DNA of 64,000 bases from Bacilli bacterium (GTDB lineage Bacteria > Bacillota_I > Bacilli_A > RF39 > UBA660), in the NCBI GenBank assembly GCA_017435465.1, contig JAFSEX010000005.1, forward strand, positions 70,793 through 134,792, in the 5' to 3' direction. How positions within the stretch are numbered: position 1 is the stretch's first letter; every line of letters starts with the position of its first letter. The notes beneath the pieces were generated by a model. It was not told the DNA's origin. It searched no databases and saw only the letters and a program-made list of their open reading frames with translations. Both the position numbers and the translations under genes were made by a program. Positions 56,494 to 64,000 of the stretch are shown piece by piece.

Positions 56494-58143
56494 ATGAGTA
56501 AAATTAGAATATTTAGTTTAGGTGGACTTAATGAAAACGGAAAAAATATGTATGTCATCGAAGTTGATAATGATATTTTTGTTTTTGATGCCGGTCTTAA
56601 ATATGCAGATGACAAACTTTTTGGAATTGATTATATTCTACCAAACTATGATTATATAAAAGAAAATATTAATAGAGTAAAAGGGATATTTTTAACACAC
56701 GGTCATAATGAAAATATGGGAGGAGTTCCAGATATTGTTAGTGAACTTCCTAACATAAAAGTATATGGAGCAAAATTCACTTTAGAAGTTTTAAAAAGGG
56801 AACTAGAAAGTTGTGAAGTGAAATTTAATAACTTTGTAGAAATAAAAGCACATAAAAAAATAAATTTTGGAGAAAACAGTATTTTTCCTGTAAGCGTTAC
56901 ACACTCAATTCCTGATTCACTTGGTTATGTTTTAAATACTAAAGATGGCGCAATTGTGTACACAGGAGATTTTGTGTTTGATCCTACAATGATGGGACCA
57001 TATAAAACTGATATTGGAAAACTTGCATATATTGGAAAACAAGGTGTATTATGTTTACTTACAGAATCAATGTATGCAGAGAAAAAAGGCCACACTTCTC
57101 CATATCATAGAACTGCTAAAAATATACGTGAAATCTTAACTCGTAATGAGAATAGAATAATTTATAATGTATTTTCCGCACATATTTATAATATACAAGA
57201 ATTATTTAATGAAGTAGAAAAAACAAATAGAAAAATAGTTATCATGGGAAAAACTTTACAAAATATTATAAATAATGCGCTAGATATGCATTATCTAGAA
57301 TTTGATAAAAAAAGAATTGGTGATTTATCAAATATAAATGATAGAGATGTTATTATCTTAGTATCAAATGAAAAAGAAAAATCATTTTCAAATATCAACC
57401 GTATGATTAATGGATATGATAAATATATAAAAATTAAAGATACTGATACAATTGTATTTGGTGAACCAATAACTGATAATTTTGAAAAAAGTGCAGTTAA
57501 AGCTGCAGATCAACTAGCAAAAATAGGTGCAAATGTAATAATGTTTTCAACTAATAAACAATTATTACATCATGCATCAAGTGAAGATTTAATGTTAATG
57601 ATTAATTTATTTAATCCAAAATATTATTTTCCCGTTAAAGGTGAATATAGATTTCAAGTAGCAAATGCAAATGTTGCAACTGAAGTAGGAATTAAGCCTG
57701 AAAATATTTTACTAAAGCAAAATGGTGAAGTAGTAGAATTTATAGATGGAAATTTAGTAGAGTGTTTTGATAAAATTAAAACAGAAGATATCTTAATTGA
57801 TGGTAATGTTGTATCTGATGTAGGTGAAGCTGTTTTAAAAGATAGGGAAGTATTAAGTGAAAATGGTATAGTAATTATTAGTACAACTTTAGATAAAAAA
57901 ACTAAGAAAATAATTTCTGGACCAGAAGTAATAACTAGAGGATTTGTATATGTAAAAGATAGTACAGAACTATTAGAAGAAATTAAAAAATTATGTATAA
58001 ATATAATTAATAGTAATATAGATAATCCAAAATATATAGAATATAATAAATTAAAATCTCTTATGAGAGAAAATTTAGGAAAATATCTATATAAAGAAAC
58101 TGAATGTAAACCAATGATTATTACAGTATTCCAAGAAGTATAA
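56494..58143 (+). CDS. rnj: Ribonuclease J family protein with degenerate metal-binding motifs (J2-like)
   Basis: Collinear with RNase J: FSLGGLNENGKN, VTHSIPDS, YTGDFVFD, GVLCLLTES, ISRGFVY-like ITRGFVY. However HGHNEN replaces HGHEDH and PVKGEYR replaces P(I/V)HGEYR. The start is at 56494, after RBS AAAGGAG. Confidence 0.8.
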   Translation: MSKIRIFSLGGLNENGKNMYVIEVDNDIFVFDAGLKYADDKLFGIDYILPNYDYIKENINRVKGIFLTHGHNENMGGVPDIVSELPNIKVYGAKFTLEVLKRELESCEVKFNNFVEIKAHKKINFGENSIFPVSVTHSIPDSLGYVLNTKDGAIVYTGDFVFDPTMMGPYKTDIGKLAYIGKQGVLCLLTESMYAEKKGHTSPYHRTAKNIREILTRNENRIIYNVFSAHIYNIQELFNEVEKTNRKIVIMGKTLQNIINNALDMHYLEFDKKRIGDLSNINDRDVIILVSNEKEKSFSNINRMINGYDKYIKIKDTDTIVFGEPITDNFEKSAVKAADQLAKIGANVIMFSTNKQLLHHASSEDLMLMINLFNPKYYFPVKGEYRFQVANANVATEVGIKPENILLKQNGEVVEFIDGNLVECFDKIKTEDILIDGNVVSDVGEAVLKDREVLSENGIVIISTTLDKKTKKIISGPEVITRGFVYVKDSTELLEEIKKLCINIINSNIDNPKYIEYNKLKSLMRENLGKYLYKETECKPMIITVFQEV

Positions 58144-58161
58144 AACAACGGAGGTTTTATT

Positions 58162-59181
58162 ATGAAAAAAATATCTATAAACATGTTATCAAGCGCTGAT
58201 AAAGTTGATGGTCAAGGTGTTGGAAGCGCATATTTAGAACAAGTGGGATTAGTAAAAGAAAGTGATAAATTTAAAATATTGGTCAATTCGAAAGAAAGAA
58301 CTGATATTATTCATTGTCATACAATTGATATAAAAAGTTATTTTAGAATGAAAAAAAATAAAAACGGAGTAAATGTTTCTTATGTACATTTTTTGCCAAC
58401 AACACTAGATGGTTCAATTAAATTACCTAAAGTTGCTTTTAAAATATTTAAAAAATATGTAATTGAATTTTATAATACTGCTAATCATTTAGTTGTTGTA
58501 AATCCCATTTTTATTAAAGATTTAGAAGAATGTGGAATAAGTTCAAAAAAAATTACATATATTCCAAATTATGTCTCTAAGGAAAAATTTTATAAAATTA
58601 AACCCAAAGAAAAGAAAGAATTAAGAGAAAAATATGGCATAAAAGAAGATGCATTTGTAGTTTTAGGTGCAGGTCAGGTTCAAACAAGAAAGGGTGTTAA
58701 AGATTTTGTTGAATGTGCTAAAAAATTACCCAAAGTTACATTTGTATGGTGTGGTGGATTTTCATTTGGGAAAATCACAGATGGATATGAAGAGTTAAAA
58801 GAGATTATGGAAAATCCTCCTAAAAATGTTAAGTTTTTAGGAATTATACCACGCACTGAAATGAATAATATGTATAATATGGCTGATGTATTATTTATGC
58901 CATCTTATAATGAATTATTCCCAATGGCTATATTAGAAGCAATTAATTCTAAGACACCACTATTATTAAGAGATTTAGATTTATACAAAGATATTTTATT
59001 TGATAAATATTTAAAAGCTAATACTAATAAAGAATTTATTAAAATATTAAAAGAATTAGTGGAAGATAAAAAACTTTATAATAAATATTCTAAACTATCA
59101 AATGAATTATCAGAATTTTATAGCAAAGAACATGTATTGGAATTGTGGGAAGAGTTTTATACAAATATTGTTAAAAAATAA
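58162..59181 (+). CDS. Glycosyltransferase family 4 (diacylglycerol glucosyltransferase-like)
   Basis: GT-B C-terminal pattern ..MPSYNELFPMAILEA.. (E-x7-E region). 339 aa. Confidence 0.75.
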   Translation: MKKISINMLSSADKVDGQGVGSAYLEQVGLVKESDKFKILVNSKERTDIIHCHTIDIKSYFRMKKNKNGVNVSYVHFLPTTLDGSIKLPKVAFKIFKKYVIEFYNTANHLVVVNPIFIKDLEECGISSKKITYIPNYVSKEKFYKIKPKEKKELREKYGIKEDAFVVLGAGQVQTRKGVKDFVECAKKLPKVTFVWCGGFSFGKITDGYEELKEIMENPPKNVKFLGIIPRTEMNNMYNMADVLFMPSYNELFPMAILEAINSKTPLLLRDLDLYKDILFDKYLKANTNKEFIKILKELVEDKKLYNKYSKLSNELSEFYSKEHVLELWEEFYTNIVKK

Positions 59182-59281
59182 TTATTTAATGTTATAAAAA
59201 TCAAGGAGTCATCTTGATTTTTTTTGATATTAATGATATCATAATACAACTGTTAAATGAGTTAATACGAGGTGAAATAAC

Positions 59282-60286
59282 ATGGGATTATTTGATAAGT
59301 TTAAAAATATATTTAAGAAAGAACCAACTATTAAAAATGATATTGAAATCAAAGAAGAAGAAAAAGAACTTCAAAGTTATGATGAGGCTTTAGAAAAAAC
59401 TAGAAAAGTGTTCACATCAAAATTAAGTTTATTAAGTACTAAATATAAAAAAGTTAGTCAAGAATATTTTGATGAATTAGAAGAGTTATTAATCATGGCG
59501 GATATTGGTGTTAATACTGTTATGAACTTTATAGATCAGATTAAAGATAGGGTAAAAAAAGAAAAAATAGAAAATACAGAAGATTTAAAAGAAATAATTG
59601 TTGATGAATTATTTATAATATACGTTAATAATGATGTTATTGTAAATAAAATTAATTACAGTGAAAATGGTCCTACTGTTATTTTATTTGTTGGAGTAAA
59701 TGGTGTTGGTAAAACAACAACTATTGGTAAACTTGCTAATAAACTTATAAATGAAAACAAAAAAGTAATGATGATTGCAGGTGACACCTTTAGAGCAGGT
59801 GCAGTTGAACAAATAATTGAATGGGGTAACAAAGTAGGATGTAAAGTAGTAGGGAAAGAAAACGCAGATCCTGCTAGTGTAATGTATGATGGATTAGAAA
59901 TTGCTAAAAATGAAAACTATGATGTAGTTCTAATTGATACTGCTGGTAGGTTACAAAATAAAGTTAATTTAATGAAAGAATTAGAAAAAATAAATAAAGT
60001 AATTGGAAAAATAATTCCAGATGCACCACATGAAACACTACTTGTAATTGATGCTACTACTGGTCAAAATGGAATTAGCCAAGCAAAAAGTTTTAAAGAA
60101 ATTACTAATATAACAGGAATAGTACTAACAAAACTAGATGGAACAGCAAAAGGTGGAATAGTACTTGCTATTAAAGAAGAAGTAAATATACCTGTTAAAT
60201 ATATTGGTCTTGGAGAAAAAAGCGAAGATTTAAGAGTCTTTGATATTGAAAAATATATTTATGGATTATTTAAAGACTTATTTTAA
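59282..60286 (+). CDS. ftsY: Signal recognition particle receptor FtsY
   Basis: GVNGVGKTTTIGKLA, DTAGRLQN and TKLDGTAKGG motifs. Confidence 0.95.
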   Translation: MGLFDKFKNIFKKEPTIKNDIEIKEEEKELQSYDEALEKTRKVFTSKLSLLSTKYKKVSQEYFDELEELLIMADIGVNTVMNFIDQIKDRVKKEKIENTEDLKEIIVDELFIIYVNNDVIVNKINYSENGPTVILFVGVNGVGKTTTIGKLANKLINENKKVMMIAGDTFRAGAVEQIIEWGNKVGCKVVGKENADPASVMYDGLEIAKNENYDVVLIDTAGRLQNKVNLMKELEKINKVIGKIIPDAPHETLLVIDATTGQNGISQAKSFKEITNITGIVLTKLDGTAKGGIVLAIKEEVNIPVKYIGLGEKSEDLRVFDIEKYIYGLFKDLF

Positions 60287-60299
60287 GGGGGAATCCTAA

Positions 60300-60824
60300 A
60301 TGGATTTTAAAGTTAATGATAAAATTATTTTAGAAAAAGATAATAAAAAATTATATATTTCAGTTCAAGTAAGTGGAAATTTGGATTTTTATATGTACTT
60401 AGGGCCTAGAACTAGTGAATCATCTACTTTTATAATCGATGATGGAAATCCTAATTTATATTTCGCAACTGCTCAATTATTTGATAATTTAATTAATGAA
60501 TATAATGTAAATACAAAATTTTATAAAAAAAGATACGAAGCTCATCCAGTATATAATGAAAAATTAGAAATGTTTAAATTTCATTCGGATGATAGTAATA
60601 TAAATGATAATGATTTTACTAGATTTTTTAAAAAAGATGGAAAATATTATATAGTGTTTAATAAAGATAATAAAACATTAAGATTATCTAATTCGGGTTC
60701 AAGATATCCTACTTTTGTAAAATATTTTAATAAATACTATAGTACTTTAGTTAAATATTATGAAAATAATAATTTTAATGTAGATAATAAAGTTAAGAAA
60801 TATGAGGAACAAAAAAATGGATAA
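60300..60824 (+). CDS. Hypothetical protein inserted between ftsY and ylxM
   Basis: 174-aa ORF after RBS AGGGGGA. Asn/Tyr/Lys-rich. No motif recognised. Confidence 0.45.
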   Translation: MDFKVNDKIILEKDNKKLYISVQVSGNLDFYMYLGPRTSESSTFIIDDGNPNLYFATAQLFDNLINEYNVNTKFYKKRYEAHPVYNEKLEMFKFHSDDSNINDNDFTRFFKKDGKYYIVFNKDNKTLRLSNSGSRYPTFVKYFNKYYSTLVKYYENNNFNVDNKVKKYEEQKNG

Positions 60825-61110
60825 GAATACAAAACTTGTACTGTTATATGATTATTATTCTAGTCTTCTTACAGAAAAACAACAAGAATATTTTGAAGAT
60901 TATTATTTTAATAATTTAAGTTTATCTGAAATTAGTGAAAACAATGATGTAAGTAGAAATGCAGTCCACAAACAAATTAAGGAAGTAGAAGAAAAATTAT
61001 ATTATTATGAAGAAAAATTAAATTTATTTGATAAGAATAAAAAAATATCAGAAATACTTAAAAATTGTTCTGATGAAAATTTGATTAAACAAATAGAAGA
61101 TTTAATATAA
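60817..61110 (+). CDS. ylxM: YlxM/UPF0122 helix-turn-helix protein (SRP operon)
   Basis: LLYDYYSSLLTEKQQEYFEDYY..NLSLSEISE..VSRNAVH pattern, directly upstream of ffh. Confidence 0.8.
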   Translation: MDKNTKLVLLYDYYSSLLTEKQQEYFEDYYFNNLSLSEISENNDVSRNAVHKQIKEVEEKLYYYEEKLNLFDKNKKISEILKNCSDENLIKQIEDLI

Positions 61111-61127
61111 ACTTAGGAGGTTACATA

Positions 61128-62435
61128 ATGTTTGAAAATTTAGGTGATAGACTACAAAATGCCTTAAGTAAAATAAAAGGATATGGAAAAATAACTGAAG
61201 ATAACATTGGTGAAATGATGCGTGAGATTAGACTTGCTCTATTAGAAGCTGATGTTAATTATAAAGTAGTAAAAGAATTTATAAATAATGTAAAAGAAAA
61301 AGCATTAGGTGAAGAAGTTAAAAAGAGTTTGTCACCTGGAGAAATGTTTGTAAAAATTGTTAAAGATGAATTAGTAGAATTACTTGGTGGAGAAAAAGCA
61401 CCACTAACTACTGATAAGAAACCAACAATATTAATGTTAGTTGGGCTTCAAGGTAGTGGAAAAACAACTACTATTGGTAAATTAGGTAATCACTTAAGAA
61501 AGAAATATAATAAAAAACCATTATTTGTTGCTTGTGATGTATATAGACCCGCTGCGATTGACCAATTAAAACAAATAGGAAAAGAACTTAATATCGAAGT
61601 TTATTCAGAAGGTAAAGAAAATCCAGTTACTATTGTAGAGAATGCAATTAAGTATGCTTCTGAAACTGGACACGATTATATTTTAATTGATACTGCTGGT
61701 AGACTTCATATTGATGAGACATTAATGCAAGAATTAGTTAATATTAAAAATACCATAAATCCACATGAAATTTTACTTGTGGTTGATGGAATGGTGGGAC
61801 AAGACATTATTAATGTTATTGAAGGTTTTAATAGTACTTTACCACTTACAGGTGCGATAATTACTAAACTAGATGGTGATACTAGAGGTGGTGCCGCACT
61901 ATCAATTAGACATTTAACAAATGTTCCAATTAAAATGGTAGGGGTATCCGAAAAATTAGATGGATTACAAGAATTTGATCCAGAAAGAATGGCAAGTAGA
62001 ATTCTTGGAATGGGAGATATTTTATCAATTATAGAAAAAGCAGAAGAAGTAATCGATGAAGAAGAAGCAAAAAAAAGTGTTAAAAAAATGCAATCAGGTA
62101 AATTTGATTTAGAAGATTTCTTATCACAATTAAAACAAGTAAAAAAATTAGGACCATTAGAAAATATATTAAAGATGTTACCTGGAGCTAAAAAAATGGG
62201 ACTTAATAATATAAATATAGATCCTAAACAAATGGCTAGAATAGAAGCAATTATTTTATCTATGACACCAAAAGAAAGAAGACATCCAGAAATAATAAAA
62301 GCTAGTAGAAAAATTAGAATCGCTAAAGGATCTGGTATGAAAGTAGAAGATGTAAATAGACTTCTTAACCAATTTGAACAAATGAAAAAAATGATGAAAC
62401 AATTATCAAGTGGAAATATGAAATTACCTTTTTAG
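61128..62435 (+). CDS. ffh: Signal recognition particle protein Ffh
   Basis: GLQGSGKTTT, DTAGRLH and TKLDGDTRGGAALS motifs, plus a Met-rich M domain. Confidence 0.95.
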   Translation: MFENLGDRLQNALSKIKGYGKITEDNIGEMMREIRLALLEADVNYKVVKEFINNVKEKALGEEVKKSLSPGEMFVKIVKDELVELLGGEKAPLTTDKKPTILMLVGLQGSGKTTTIGKLGNHLRKKYNKKPLFVACDVYRPAAIDQLKQIGKELNIEVYSEGKENPVTIVENAIKYASETGHDYILIDTAGRLHIDETLMQELVNIKNTINPHEILLVVDGMVGQDIINVIEGFNSTLPLTGAIITKLDGDTRGGAALSIRHLTNVPIKMVGVSEKLDGLQEFDPERMASRILGMGDILSIIEKAEEVIDEEEAKKSVKKMQSGKFDLEDFLSQLKQVKKLGPLENILKMLPGAKKMGLNNINIDPKQMARIEAIILSMTPKERRHPEIIKASRKIRIAKGSGMKVEDVNRLLNQFEQMKKMMKQLSSGNMKLPF

Positions 62436-62465
62436 AATTACATAAAAGTAATTCTTTTCTTTTAG
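62435..62465 (+). terminator. Intrinsic terminator after ffh
   Basis: GAATTAC-ataaaa-GTAATTC stem followed by TTTTCTTTT. Confidence 0.7.
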
Positions 62466-62529
62466 ACAAATACCATATACAATATAAGCAACATCCTCAT
62501 ATTATAAATTAGAAAAGGGGGATAAATAA

Positions 62530-62931
62530 ATGTTTTCTAAGAAAAACAGATGTTATGATATGAATAACAATATGATGTGGCAAAATGATATGGATAATAC
62601 TAAAAATAAATATTTAGTAAATATGCCAATGGATTCAAATTATGATATGAACAAAGATGGTATGGCAGGAAAATGTGATATGAAAATGCCAAAACAAGAA
62701 ATGATGGGATATGATCAAATGATGGGATGTAAAATGCAACCTGTTTATGAATGTCCGATAGAAAAATGTGTTCACAGAACTATTTGTCATGAAATACCAC
62801 ATGTATGTCCAGTAAATACTAAAATAATTAATCATCATGTTTATAGACATACATATGCACCATGTTATACATGTTCAGAAGAAAATGAAGTATGCCATGT
62901 ACAAGAAGGTTCATGTTGTTGTTTTAGATAA
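62530..62931 (+). CDS. CotD-like spore coat protein with a Met-rich N-terminal half
   Basis: The C-terminal His/Cys/Pro-rich segment (CPIEKCVHRTICHEIPHVCPVNTKIINHHVYRHTYAP) resembles the CotD family repeat pattern. The N-terminal ~70 aa are unusually Met/Asn/Asp-rich. Confidence 0.5.
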   Translation: MFSKKNRCYDMNNNMMWQNDMDNTKNKYLVNMPMDSNYDMNKDGMAGKCDMKMPKQEMMGYDQMMGCKMQPVYECPIEKCVHRTICHEIPHVCPVNTKIINHHVYRHTYAPCYTCSEENEVCHVQEGSCCCFR

Positions 62932-62993
62932 TTTATAAAAATCTCTTATCATTTAAGAGATTTTTTTGTATAATAATTTTGAGGTGATTATTT

Positions 62994-63734
62994 ATGAATA
63001 TAAAAAAAATTAAAAATGAATTAATTAAGCAGAAAGAATCTAAATTTAAAGGTAATATATATCATTTTTCTCAAGTTAATTTTTCTTATAATTCAAATAA
63101 AATTGAAGGAAGTAGATTAACTAGTGACCAAACTGAAGCAATATTTAATACATCTTCATTTATTCCTAAAAGTGATGATTTAATAAAGTTAGATGATTTA
63201 ACTGAATCTAAAAATCATTTCAAATTATTTGATTATATGTTAGATAATGTAGATGAACCTCTAACTAAAGAAATGATTATAGAAATGAATAAAATATTAA
63301 AAAGAAATACTAGTGATGAAGAAAATCCTAGATATAATGTTGGGGGATTTAAAGTTATTCCTAATATGATAGGTATAGTTAATGTAATTAACACAACTGC
63401 ACCTGAAGATGTAGAAATTGAAATAGAAAAACTATTAAGTGAATACAATTCTAAAACAGGTATTACTTTAGAAGATATAATTGATTTCCATTATAAATTT
63501 GAGCGAATTCATCCATTTGGAGATGGAAATGGAAGAATAGGTAGAATTATAATGTTTAAAGAATGTTTAAGAAATGATATTATGCCATTTGTTGTTTTAG
63601 ATGATGATAAACCTTATTATATGAGAGGGTTAAAAGAATATGAAAATGATAAAATGTTCTTAATTGATACAATTAAACATGAACAAGATTTGTACGAACA
63701 AATTTGTGATGAACTTTTAGACTTTGAAATATAG
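62994..63734 (+). CDS. Fic/Fido-domain protein (probable AMP-transferase) with an N-terminal inhibitory motif
   Basis: Fic motif HPFGDGNGRIGR. The N-terminal SNKIEG matches the (S/T)xxxE(G/N) auto-inhibition helix. Confidence 0.85.
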   Translation: MNIKKIKNELIKQKESKFKGNIYHFSQVNFSYNSNKIEGSRLTSDQTEAIFNTSSFIPKSDDLIKLDDLTESKNHFKLFDYMLDNVDEPLTKEMIIEMNKILKRNTSDEENPRYNVGGFKVIPNMIGIVNVINTTAPEDVEIEIEKLLSEYNSKTGITLEDIIDFHYKFERIHPFGDGNGRIGRIIMFKECLRNDIMPFVVLDDDKPYYMRGLKEYENDKMFLIDTIKHEQDLYEQICDELLDFEI

Positions 63735-63790
63735 AAATTTAATAAATATAATTAAAAAATAAGATTTAGATATAAAAGGAGAATGTAATT

Positions 63791-64000
63791 ATGGATTATG
63801 ATAAAAAAATGGAAAAAATAATTAAAACAAACGAAAAATATCTTGATGAATTTGAGAAATGGTTAGAAAACAAAAAATTAAATCCTAAAACAATTAATAG
63901 ACATGTTAGTAATGCTTATTTATATATTAATGACTATCTTAATTATTATGAATTTTGTAAAATGGAAGATGGTTGTAGATGTATAGATGGATTTCTAGGT
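63791..64000 (+). CDS. Hypothetical protein, 3'-partial (possible integrase-type SAM-like N-terminal domain)
   Basis: RBS AAAGGAG. The ORF runs off the window. ..LNPKTINRHVSNAYLYINDYL.. resembles core-binding/SAM-like domains, but weakly. Confidence 0.35.
   Translation, partial: MDYDKKMEKIIKTNEKYLDEFEKWLENKKLNPKTINRHVSNAYLYINDYLNYYEFCKMEDGCRCIDGFLG

Noticed and set aside
57654-58184. 176-aa minus-strand ORF overlapping the 3' end of the RNase J gene, and similar antisense ORFs (6482-6757, 7261-7536, 41435-41677, 43520-43819, 45283-45618, 34530-34826)
   Set aside because: All lie antisense within well-supported genes, lack RBSs and have Ile/Leu/Phe/Ser-biased composition. That bias is typical of mirror frames in AT-rich DNA.
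1-64000. CRISPR arrays, IS elements or integrons
   Set aside because: I found no regularly spaced direct repeats with unique spacers, no transposase-like ORFs with terminal inverted repeats, and no integrase within the window.

Overview
Very AT-rich (about a quarter G+C by eye) Bacillota-type chromosome segment, probably from a spore-former: it carries YjcZ-like peptides, CotD-like and CotJC-like genes. Bases 1 to ~10064 are the distal end of a siphovirus-like prophage (baseplate and tail-fibre genes, holin, amidase endolysin, a short cargo region). It abuts the 3' end of a minus-strand tRNA-Gly(UCC); the integrase end lies outside the window. The rest is core chromosome: uppP, a second tRNA-Gly, a GH3 hexosaminidase, an OmpR/HK two-component system, an RNB-family nuclease, a Clp-D1-type AAA+ protein, a P-type-ATPase homologue and a YhhQ-type transporter. 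It continues with the glmS ribozyme plus glmS, tsaE-tsaB-rimI-ackA-(kinase-like ORF)-tsaD, prsA, a split suf cluster, ssb, a frameshifted dinD, three XRE regulators, pdp, an RNase J paralogue, ftsY-ylxM-ffh and a Fic protein. The strongest lead is a ~565-nt ORF-free, GC-enriched transcription unit (about 26165-26731, minus strand). It has a consensus promoter and a terminal stem plus U8, and lies directly upstream of and co-oriented with a small poly-Lys/4-TM protein gene. That layout fits an OLE RNA/OapA-type ribonucleoprotein locus or an unclassified large ncRNA. Other leads are a minimal Bud32-like kinase ORF next to tsaD, a Q/N-rich prion-like domain fused to a single Clp-type AAA+ module, and P-type ATPase and RNase J homologues with degenerate catalytic motifs. 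There is also a prophage cargo locus (structured leader, PBECR-like ORF, phased repeats), tandem membrane-anchored HExxH proteins beside YjcZ-like peptides, and homopolymer frameshifts in two accessory genes. All calls come from reading the sequence and from remembered family motifs. No searches, folds or alignments were run, so family assignments need HMM or covariance-model confirmation.
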